From Camelus ferus (Eukaryota), in assembly GCF_009834535.1 (NCBI RefSeq), contig NC_045696.1:16990001-17054000 (forward strand): a DNA stretch of 64,000 bases, given 5' to 3'. Shown piece after piece: positions 13,374-24,268 of the stretch. The position numbers were made by a program, and so were the translations under genes. The notes beneath the pieces were generated by a model that had not been told where the DNA came from, made no database searches, and saw only the letters and a list, made by a program, of their open reading frames with translations. Numbering within the stretch: position 1 is the stretch's first letter; every line of letters begins with the position of its first letter.

Positions 13374-14052
13374 CTGAAGATACTTGAAAGTCAAAGCTGC
13401 ATAGGGAAGAAATGTTAAAATGCAAAGAAATATATTTATTGAATAAGTTACGAATTTCTGCTTTGGTTTATGGTCTTTGATTTGTGCTACAGAGACTGAT
13501 ACAGAACAGTTAACTACTACCACAAAGTAAAGATGGATCTGAAAAAGTGCCATGCCAAATGAATGTCATTCTTTTATAAAACAAAAATACAGCAAATAAT
13601 ATGAAAACACAGAAAATGAAACACTTGGGAAAGTGACAGAAGGGCTTAGAGTAGTGATAACAGCTGAGACAGTAAGCATTGAAAGAAAGTGTCCATTAAG
13701 CAGAATTAGAGAAGAACACTCCAGATTAACAAGAAAAAAAGGAGCATAAGAGGTAGACGTCAATATTTTCATGCAATTGCTATTGTCATAATTGCTATTC
13801 AGTTCTGAGTTATAAGTATGACTTCTTTCTCCGTGCAAGCTCTGCAGCTGTTGACAACTCGACATAGAAATCAAGGTAACGAAGACAAAAAATCAGGCTT
13901 ATTGCTGCTAAATATTGGGTTTGGGGATGAAGTTTAGACCCAGAGGCCAGTGGGCATGAATTACATTTTACTTTTCCTTCGTCACAGGGAAAATTTGAGG
14001 ATTAAAACTTCGTACAAAACTTTCATGTAGAAACAAAGGCAACTAGAATAAA

Positions 14053-14098
14053 TGAGGCAAAGCCCTTCATTGAAGCAAAGCCCTTCACCGAGGCAAGG
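14053..14098. repeat. 18-bp tandem repeat, about 2.5 copies
   Basis: TGAGGCAAAGCCCTTCAT / TGAAGCAAAGCCCTTCAC / CGAGGCAAGG. Confidence 0.75.
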
Positions 14099-16355
14099 AC
14101 CTGAAGAAAGAGAGGAAAGGAATACTTGATCATCCTACGCCCACTTTCTTCTTCTAAACTCACCAATTAGGAAAGTCTCTCTCTGGGGAGAACTAAATAA
14201 AGGGTGGAGAGAAGTAGGAAGAATTCTTGAGGGAATAGAACCCACCGTTCCAACCTACTGTTGCTTGCTAACATCCTCTCCAGTTTTGTTCTCTTCATCT
14301 GTTGGTCTTTGCCATAAAGTCTACTGTCTCTGAAGCCGGGTGCCCCTTACAAACAGAGAAGAGCTTCCTGAAGGGAGGACCTTCCACTTCCTGCAGCAAC
14401 TCCTCCAAAACCTAATATGGAATCTTCTTCATATATTTCCATAATCCTAAGAAAGGAAATTTTATCTTTTGCCACTAGGAAACAAAAATAATAATTTCAT
14501 TTAACGAATTCCAAATGTACTCAGAAAATTCGCTCTGTTCTGTCTCTCATCTGTGTTATCCAATAAACCCATTAGAGGTTTTGCAATGAATAAATGACAG
14601 CATGAATTTTCCCCAAGAGTAAAATGCCATCAACATAAAATTTCCAAAATGTAAATATAAATTCAGCACTGTTATGAATTTCCTGGGAAGAAACCAACTA
14701 ATATTCAAGTTCCCAAGAGATTAAAGTTAAAACAGCAAAATGAAATATTTGTTACTCAAAAGTGTGGCTAAATATTTTCATTCCCTTCTCTCTACTGTTC
14801 ATCACTCAGTCCAAATGTTGTCAGTAACATAAATCCGAGATTACCATATCATGACTTTATTGCTCAGGAAGGGATGATTTAATTGGCTAGCTGCAGTTCC
14901 ATCGTCGATGACGAAGTCTTGATTGTCAACCATCCCCTGGAGGGCAGTTTTTGGCATCACTGGCCTTATAGACTTGTGAGAACCAAAATTTCGAAGACTT
15001 CCACATCCGGGCCTCCGTGCTCTTTACTGACTGATCTGCTTCCTCAGTGGGGGAGGGAGGGGCTTGCTGTTTTAGCCTGAATTGTCTTTCAGCCTCCTTT
15101 CCTCCAAGGAGAAGATAGCTTACTTTGACTCCCTGTATGTACATCTCTAGCTACAAATTATGGCTTTATAACTTTGAAAATTCAAGTCACTTCCCTACAA
15201 ATGTTTTGTTAACCTTGCCTCTCCAGCTGGGTGTACAGAGGTTCCGAAAATTCTAATGATATAATTCTGTCTATACATCTGTGTGCTGCCTGACACTCTG
15301 CCCTGGGGGCAAATATGTATCCCTGTACTTACAGACTCATTGATTCATTTAACCAGAAAAGAAAATTTTATGGTTTTATAAAGTAGAAAAGAAAGGTTGG
15401 GAAATTTTCCGAAGGGCATACCAATTGTGACTAGATTACTCTAGTTTCAAGACCTTCTGGAAAAATGACCCTTAAAATAATTCATAGACTTTCCTGAAGT
15501 TTCCTTCTTAGGTTCTGTTTTATTTAAATGCAAACTAATAAACAAACAAAACCTAAAACTTCTGCCACTTATTTCTGTTTGCTTTCAAAGTAGATTTAAA
15601 AATAAAAAAACAACTTTGTTGAGATCAGCATTGAAGGAGACCTGTTTGTTAATTTTTGTTTCATTACTTGTGTCAAAAATGAAGGTTTAATAAGAATCAG
15701 AGAAGCTAATAGTGACTATTATGATGCTTCCTCCAGAGTATCTATTTTTTTCCTGCAAATTATGTTAGTTTTAAGTGGAAGAATGCATGCCAAAAGTCAT
15801 TAGCTTATTCTTACAAATATGTTAATGTTTAAGTGACAAATCATTGATAGTTTTTTTTTTAAGTCAAGTCAATCTAATAGAATAAAGCTAGAACATATAA
15901 CAGATGTAGACACTTTTCAGATATTTTCTTTCATTTCTGCTTAAATGTTAGGGTTCATAAGATGGAGCTTTTCTTGGAAGATGTTAAAACCACAGGGAGA
16001 TCTGTGATCTTAGGACAGAGATGCCCTTGTGTAAGTTTCCATCATATCTTTACATAAGCTCATTAAATGTTATAATTTAATCACTATAATCTTAAGGTTT
16101 TCATTCTTTACATTTACCCATTACACATGTGAATAAATATATAATCATATTTGCATGAAGATACATATTTCAAAAGCAATTTCGAGTTATTAAAACAAAA
16201 TCAATGTTTATATTAATTGTTCACTGTACATGGAGAAAGTTAATATTTTGCAGGATTAAGTTAGTCGTGTTTCTCTAAATTTGGCACGTTATGAGAAATG
16301 AAAAGAATCCGGCAAAGCCTCACATGTATTTTACAACTTTTTGTTTCATTTGGGG

Positions 16356-16828
16356 TGTGAGTGAAAAATACTGCAAACCACATCAGTAAACAGAGAATGC
16401 TGAAGCCATCAAGTCATCAGCCACTGCCGCCACCCCCCAAGGAAGACAAGCCTGCAGCCAGGCCTCTGCAGCCACTCACAATGGTGCACCCTGAGGGGAC
16501 TCAGAATAAGAAAGGACAGGATACTGGCCCTAGACAGCTAGGCACTTGTCAAAGGAATGAATTCAATGAGCCCAAATGTTTGCTTCCTCCCATACATAGA
16601 AAAGCACTAAATTCTTTAACTTGAGATGCCTGGTTTTCTTTAGATAACAATCTTTTATTGTTCCAACTTGTGGTCTTTGTTGTAAAATGCCGGTATGTCC
16701 TAGCTCCTCCCTACCTCTTCGGAGCAGTCTCTCAGAGCGATCTGAGAGGCTGTCATCCCAGCTCAAGTCCTCCTGCCAAATAAAACATAACTCTCAACTT
16801 TTAGGCTGTGCGTTTATTTCAGTCGACA
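16356..16828 (+). mobile_element. ERV1 solo LTR (MER41-like U5)
   Basis: TG...CA termini, AATAAA at about 16779, 4-bp TSD GGGG/GTGG. Confidence 0.85.
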
Positions 16829-17530
16829 GTGGTTTTTTCTCAATATGGAATAAGTCTTCAGGAAGCTATCTATATAGGAAGGAAGATCTTCATTTACTCA
16901 TTTAGCAGCCTAGAGAAGAGCTCTGAGGGCCTTAGTGGGGATCCATGAATTGGGGATAATGGGAAAGCGGGGGATTGTGACTCCCACCAACAAGCTTTAG
17001 GGCAGTTGATAGAACGCACTGCAGTTTGCACTTTTCTGTTTCAAACAAATATTTTATGGAGTTTATTCACATACACCTGTGTTTATCTCTTCTCCATTAT
17101 CTCACATCTTTGAATTTAATCTTTTGTTTGTTGCTAAGTAACCAAAGTTTTCTTTCTCCGCAGTGAGTTCTTTTCCTGGAAAAGCATGTAGATAAGACCA
17201 AAAGTGAGCAGATAAGAGTAGCTTGTTCAATGAATTGCTGTTGTTGTAATGAATTATCATTCAATCTGATAATAGACTGGAAATACTTAAAGGAATGGTG
17301 CACTATGGAAAGGATCTATATATCCTTTTCTTTGTATTCTACATTGATACAAAGACTAATAAATTGCTTAATAAATTTTACAGAAAAAAATACTGTTAGA
17401 ACATCCTTATAAACTTATCATTAATTGTGTAATAGTATACATATTTGTATAAGCAAAAGTAGAGACAATAAAATAAAACTAACTAACATTGTAACAATAA
17501 TTTCATAATATCTTCTAAGTCATTCTACAT

Positions 17531-18078
17531 TGTGGCAGTTCTTTGATCACATTATGGTAGAAAATGGTGGTGCAGACATTTAAGAACCCAAGTTTTATTC
17601 CAGCGATGTGAAGGAAAAGCCGGGCTGGTCTAATAAGATAACTCACAAGTCTAGGAATGTGAAGGAGAGGCTGGGCTGGGCTAACAAGATAACTCACAAA
17701 TCTAAGTATTGGAATACTGATCTGAGTTCTGCTAGACTAACTTGTAAATCTAGGTTAATTAGTGTTGGTTTGCTGTTCATGTTTTTTGATAGCCAGTTGG
17801 GTTTTCAAAGATACATATCTGGCTTTGGAATGTTGGTTTGCTGCCTCCCCGCCTCCACCTTTGTGATGATAATGCTGCTAAAGCTGTTCCATGCCTATTG
17901 GCCGAATACCCCAAGCTTGTACTTTACCCTATAAAACCTCATGTGCACGTCTTGGAGGTGCTCAGAGCTTCGGAGCAGAAGCCCCTCTGAGCCCACCGGC
18001 GTAATACACCTGAGTACTCCAACCCTCCGAGTGGTGCTTGTTTCTTGATTGGCCTGTCGTTTCCGTAACAGCGAGACA
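17531..18078 (+). mobile_element. Young ERV solo LTR with a 51-bp tandem repeat in U3
   Basis: TG start, TATAAA at about 17930, retained CpGs, repeat units 17606-17656 and 17657-17707; 3' end is either 18070 or 18078. Confidence 0.8.
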
Positions 18079-18540
18079 TTCAACTTACACAGAAAGTCTT
18101 GGGGCAAGGCTAATAAAGGATTACTTTTGTAAGCATGCTCTCTCTGCACTAAGTGATGAAATATGTTAGAAGACATTCTACATTATTAGAGTATCAGGTG
18201 ATTCACATTATGCAGCACTAAAGGCTCTACCCATGAAATGTCACTCCTTATTCTGAGAAACTGGCATTTGGTAAAAAATGCAAAACTGTTTAGAAGAATA
18301 GAGTTTGAAATTCAAGCATAAGTACTTGCTACTCTCACCATCTTAAAAGCTTTAATATTTTTTAAAGTGATATATATTCTATGCACTTGTACAAGGTAGA
18401 TGGCTAAAAACCCTCACTAAATCTATTAATTTTAGCTAGGTCAGCTTTGCTCTGAAGATGGGAGTGTGGAATAAGTATTCCTTATTTACTCTGGGTATTA
18501 CATGATCAATTATCTAATAGTAGTGTAAGTCAGCAGTCAA

Positions 18541-18728
18541 CAGTTCCTCAACTGTAGTACTTAGAACACACCTGGAGATATCATCATTATCTTGAAACTT
18601 TATTAAAGACATAAGTTCTCAGTCCTCATCTTAGATCTGCTGAATCAGGAATTCTGGGAGCCCAGCAACCTCTCTTTTAATAAGCTCACCAGATGATTTT
18701 GACAACATATGACTGTCGAGAATTACTG
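18541..18728. mobile_element. MER5A-like hAT MITE
   Basis: CAGTTCCTCAAC...TTAGAACACACCTGGAG...CTGCTGAATCAGGAATTCTGGG...TTTTAATAAGCTCACCAGATGATT...GAGAATTACTG. Confidence 0.75.
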
Positions 18729-19396
18729 CCCTATGTGAGAGATGTGCTTTTACTCATTTCCAATCATAATCTTTCAGATTTTTTGTTTCTATGAAAGAAG
18801 AAAGGTGTTACCTGGGAATTGAGGGAATTACAATTTTAACAGGATCCTCTACCTGTGCATGTTGTTCATCAGATAATTTGGAGACAAGAGCAACTTGAAG
18901 GTGAATTTAATCAATGCAGATAACCAAGTGGAATAATTGCCTCACTCCCTGCATTACTGAGCCCGGATATAAATTGTGTTGTCATGTCCACATGCCAGTG
19001 GTGCGGCAGTTGGGGGATAAGAGGTTAATGAATCTCAGAGAATTTTGAAACGTCTATGGTTTTGAGACCAAATCATTATGGAATCATATCATTAAGCAAG
19101 AACCCTGGACATCAATATATCCAAGGAAAAGATATTAAAAATAAATGTCAGCTGATGGGGAAGGGCTTGCAGCATGGGATCAATCAATTTATATTGAAAT
19201 AGCGCTAGAACATATTTTTTAAATCTACAGCCAAACCGCACGTATTTTGGTGATTTTTAACATGTGACTGGGCACAATATTAAACATTTACAAATTTCAT
19301 GAGGTGCTAACCTTGCACAATTATTATTGCTCTGAAAATACTCCAATAATCTATCATCTTTCCTAACAGTATAAATAAGTTCTGTCTAAAGAGAAA

Positions 19397-19836
19397 TGCC
19401 AACAAAAATTAATCAGTCAATCTAAGCGAGAAATGGAAAGTTTTATTTGAGCCAAATTGAAGGTTATAACCCAGGAACAAAATCTCAGAAAGCTGTGAGA
19501 ACTGTTCAGTCCATTAGAAGTCAAGACAGAGTTATATACATTTAATGTACACTTGCTGTACATTAAATGACGTATTATTGACAGTATACACAGTCCAGAT
19601 CTAAGCATTGTGGCCCCTTACAAGATCAAGAAGGGATGTTATCTTTTAAGGTGTTGTCTTATTGGTGCTAAGAAGATGTTGCTGTTTACAGTTTAGCAGG
19701 GATTTCTGCTGATGGGGAGGTTTGGTCAATGAATAATGCAGATACATAATGCACAGTAGAGGAGAGAGAGGAGACCAAAGGGCAGAGAAAAAAGTTTTTC
19801 TCTCACCTTGGCATAAAATGTGAATTTTATTTCGCA
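19397..19836 (-). mobile_element. ERV1 solo LTR (MER41-like U5)
   Basis: TG...CA termini, minus-strand GGCTCAAATAAAAC poly(A) region shared with the LTR at 47.2-47.8 kb, TSD GAAA/GAGA. Confidence 0.8.
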
Positions 19837-20048
19837 GAGATAGTATAGAATTAAAACTGGGAGATGTAATGATAGTGTTCAAAATTGTTAATATCTATTG
19901 TTGACATTCCAAAGTAAGTATTTTCACTTAGGCAGATTTTAACTTAATTATGCAGATCTAATATATTTGAATACATTATTAGATTAGACTTGGAAACTCT
20001 TCTGGTTCTTGTTTATCATTTAAAATGGACAGTTTAAAGCCATTATAC

Positions 20049-20428
20049 TGTGAAAAAAAATTGAACTGAGTAAATGTGAAGATCAAATTGTCCTTATCCA
20101 GTGATTCATGAATTGGGTTGCATTCCATCTAGCAAACAGAAAGGAGCATTGAGGAGTTGTGAAAAATGGAAAGTTTTCAAGATAGAAAGGGGGTGGGACA
20201 AGGAAGTCAGAAACAAAAGAAAAGTCACCTTTTTTGAAGGAAGGCAGGGGTATTTATTGTAGATAACCTCACTGGTGCTGGCCAGCAAATTTCAAACTGA
20301 CTAAAGGTCACGTTCCTGGGAGGGGCTGAAACTGCACTTAGGTTAGGTGTTAAATCTTGGTTTAGTAAGGTGGGACTCAGCACAAGTGACTCCATTTGAG
20401 TCTTGTTTTTTGTTTTTTTTTTTTAACA
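20049..20428 (-). mobile_element. ERV1 solo LTR (MER4-group-like)
   Basis: TG...CA termini, TSD ATAC/ATAT, GC-richer block relative to the flanks. Confidence 0.7.
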
Positions 20429-22194
20429 ATATTGTATACAGCTTTCTGATGGAATTTTTTTAATTATTTATCTTTGAGCATTTATTGCAAATAAATGACA
20501 AATGATAGTAACTTTAATAAAAATATGAGCATACTGTATCCTAAAATTTGAAAATATGTAAAAATATATTTACTTTTTTCTTATTTTTACTTAAATCTAG
20601 GAGAGTGTTTTAAAAATTTATTTAATTAAACAGTACATATATTTTTCATCTAACTACTAAATTTGTTCCATATAAATAAAAATTATCATATATTGGAGGT
20701 GTTTATATTGGTTTGCCTTTGCAGGTCATCATTAGCCATGAATTGTGTAAGTACAATTATCTACACAGCAAATTCTGCCTTTTCTAAGATAGTACATGAT
20801 TTTCATAAAGATTTCTTTGAATAGTGAGTGAAAATTATTTATAGCAAAATGAGGTATTTTCTATTCTGAATACACATACACTCATGGGGTTATGAAATGT
20901 GAAAGAAATGTGTATACATGCAATATAAGACATGTGAAAGAAATACATATGTATGTACACATATATGAATGCTCTAATATAATAATGTATGTAAAACAGA
21001 AGCTTAGAGATCTTTTCCTATTCTTCCAAACAGAGGCTTGATTTTAAAGGCGGCTAAGTCACCTTAAGCCAGAGTAAGCTACAAAAGTGAATTTGAGGTC
21101 TACAAATGCATTTAGAGTTTGAAAAGACCATACACTTGGGAGATTTTGAGGAAGTATTAAGATGCTACCTTGATGAAATGAAGTAGGGCATATTAGTGCT
21201 AAACTGGATAAAATCTGTGACCATTATTGATGGACTAGTTAATAAAACATTTCATGAATGAGAGTGGCTTTGAAATCATGTAACAAATATTTTTTGTTTG
21301 TTTTAAAGAAATTACATGAAAATGTAGAATTTTTTGAATTATACCAGAAAAGATCCTCAGCAAATGATTGTGTGTATGTGTATGAGAGATATCTTCATGA
21401 AGATATTAGGAATATAAAAAAGTGATATATTTTTGTCCAAATGGGGTAATATAAACAACAGAAATAATCTGATCTCTTACAAATATCCATTGCAATTCAT
21501 TGGTTGGGTCTGCTCTCCGTTAAATGATGACAGTTGACCAATACAGCTACTAAAAATGGATTCACTTTTGGAACATCAATTTTACTAGTTTCCTCTTCCT
21601 TTAATAAAGAGGCTAAACATGGGAGATGGTTATAGAAGCAGGCAGCAAATGTTCAGAAGACATCCAGGCCAGCTTTTCATGTCTTATGGGCCAGGAAGGC
21701 ATCTGAGCAAATATCCAGGCAGCAACCAGCGCCAAAGATGGCAGCTCTTCGGCTGCTCCTACTTCACGTCTAACCAGCATGATTTACCTCAAAAGATGCC
21801 TGGTTCCCCTTTCCTCCAAAATATTGGGCAGCTGTATCAGCACTGTTAAAACAGAAAAACATTTTTGTGCCAGACACCTTGATTGTACATACCCCCCCAT
21901 ATGAGCCTTAGATTTTTTTTTTAAATAAAACTATATCAAGATCTACTTTTTAAATATCCTAAATGTATTATTTGCTTTTGTATTATAGTGTATTCATTAA
22001 GTATTACATTCACTGAGAGTTACTTGGTCATTAATAAACACAAAGATACCTTTATGCTCTTTTTATTCTTTGATTTTAAGGTTGATTTGATTGAAATTAA
22101 AATGATTATCACAGTTTTGATTGCTAGGCTGTTATTATTATTATTATTTATTATTATCAAGTACTTGAATTTTTTATTCTTTGGGATTTATTTT

Positions 22195-22385
22195 TTAGTA
22201 ATTCATTTTGAAATAATCTCAAATGCACACAATAGTTGTAAGAAAAATACACACCACGCTCATACTTTCCTCACTAGATGATCAGTTGTCAGTGTTTTAT
22301 CTTATCCACCCATCCCATCCATAAAACCTTTTAAAATTTTGTCTGTTGTCCCAGTAATGTCACCTTTTCCACTCTGGTCATGATT
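22195..22385 (-). mobile_element. Old L1 (L1MC-like) 3' UTR fragment
   Basis: TTTTGAAATAATCTCAAATGCACACAATAGTTGTAAG matches the start of L1MC-type 3' ends on the minus strand. Confidence 0.5.
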
Positions 22386-23468
22386 AAATCTTAAACTATG
22401 TGGCTATGCATAAAAAAAGAATGCTTGGGAGACTTGGCAGTCTATAATATATGGCCTAAGTGATCAGCTCGGGCTCATTTATTACCGTTTAATTGGTTTC
22501 TCCAATGATTTGCAGTTGTTGCTAAGTGCCTTTGGAAAAGCCTAAGCTAATTAATTTGCCTGAGATGAATGCTGTTAAGTGGCTTGATAACCATTCTGCT
22601 ACCACTTGGGTAAACACAGCCTCACTGCTCTATCACTAGGGTGACTACTGTTATCAATTCTGATTCATATTCTGCAGTAACATTTGTGGCATTTCACTAG
22701 GCTCCCATGCCAGACCAACCAGGCCAGATTTTTCAGGACCAACTCTTGTACACCATTATCAACCAGCAATTACCAGCAGGTCATTGTGTGCTTGCCCCAC
22801 ACTGAACGGGAGAGAGTAGGAAAAAGCAGAGAAGGTAACAAATGATATCCAAATTAAAATTCATTAACCTTGCAAAGTTACTAATATCCTCAGTAGATAA
22901 AAATGCTGGTAGCTAATAAGCCTTAATTATTCATCAATATACTAAGATTTATTTCTTCATAAAAGTATGTTTCTCATAATTTGGAGTTAATATACTAGAT
23001 ATTAAGAATTTAAATATTGTTAGCAAATCTTTAAGAAATAAATAAAGCATTGAACATTTGTTAATGTTTATAATCTAAGTAGGGTTTTAAATTTAGTTAT
23101 TATCTTATTTGCCTAATTCTAAATATGAATTTTAAAAATATATTCATATTATTAATATGGGTCCTCAATATTGAATCTCAGGCTTTTTTCTTACATTTCT
23201 AAAGGAAAGATTTCATAGTGACAAATGTATGGAAGCCTCAGGATCTCATTCACCATAGACAGAGTAGCAGAACCAATAATCTGCCAAAACAATTCATCCC
23301 CCATCCAAAAAAAAGCTTTAGCAATGTTGTGTTTCTAATTCCAGTAACAATATGTATTCAATACCCATTTAATAACTTTATTTATCTACACATTAAATAG
23401 TTCATTCCTCCTCTGCCCCCCAAAATTTAGCAATATTGTGTTGAGAAGTTGAATATATTATAGGCAAC

Positions 23469-23652
23469 TATGGTAGAATACTTTTTCCAAAGATGAGCTC
23501 TCCAAAATGATATATATCCCATTCCTCAGGCTTTTCTTACAATAAAAATATATTTCTTGGCTCACAGAAACTATGACAAATAATAAATTACTACTGTTTT
23601 ATACTACTAAGCATTAGGATGATTTGTTAATTGATGATAGCTGACCAATACA
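23469..23652 (+). mobile_element. MaLR solo LTR (MLT1-type), internally deleted
   Basis: MLT1-like start (TTTTCCAAAGATG) and end (CACAGAAACTATGA...AATAAA...GATTTGTTA...AATACA); 5-bp TSD GCAAC/GCTAC. Confidence 0.7.
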
Positions 23653-23891
23653 GCTACTAAAGATGGATTCACTTTTGGAATATCAAAAATATCACTTTTG
23701 TTAAAATGCATAAATTGAAACAATTAAACAATTATATTTTCATCTTGTACTTATAACAGTGTACCTAGTCTCATGTCCCTAGTATGAGATAGCAAACATC
23801 TTATGAAGTTGCTACCATCTATGAACTTTAAATTTAATCTTTAATTTTTTATCCCCTTTGGTTGTGTGGATTCAAGTTACCATGACACATG

Positions 23892-23997
23892 CTAAAATGT
23901 AAGTTCAGTGAAGGCAGATTGTTTTATTTCTATTATCTTTGTATTGCCAACACTTAGTATGGCACTTAGCATAGACCATCTTAATTTTGTTGAATAA
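23892..23997 (+). mobile_element. LINE-2 3' end
   Basis: CTAAAATGTAAGTTCAGTGAAGGCAGA...CTTAGCATAG...TTTGTTGAATAA. Confidence 0.65.
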
Positions 23998-24149
23998 TAC
24001 ACAGTTCTATAGATTTTTCATACATATTATTATAATCAAAAATATTTTTAAATAAATGAGTTGAGCTATCTGTGTGATAATTTTGTGATCAGTGTTTAAT
24101 TTAACTAATCAAATAGAAAAACAGAAAAACCTGGTTTTTAGAGAAATTC

Positions 24150-24268
24150 TTTTTTTCTTTTTCTTTTTTTTTAGAGTCCACATGTGAGTGATATCATATG
24201 GTATTTTTCTTTTTCTTTCTGGCTTACTTCACTTAAAATGATGATCTCCAGATCCATCCATGTTTGCT
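24150..24268 (-). mobile_element. Short LINE-1 3' UTR fragment
   Basis: TCCACATGTGAGTGATATCATATGGTATTT...CTTACTTCACTT...TCCATCCATGT, homologous to 6320-6400 in this window. Confidence 0.85.

Noticed and set aside
17606..17707. Tandem repeats here and at 12701 and 14053 as a CRISPR-like array
   Set aside because: Only 2-3 adjacent units with no spacers, in a mammalian repeat context with no cas genes.
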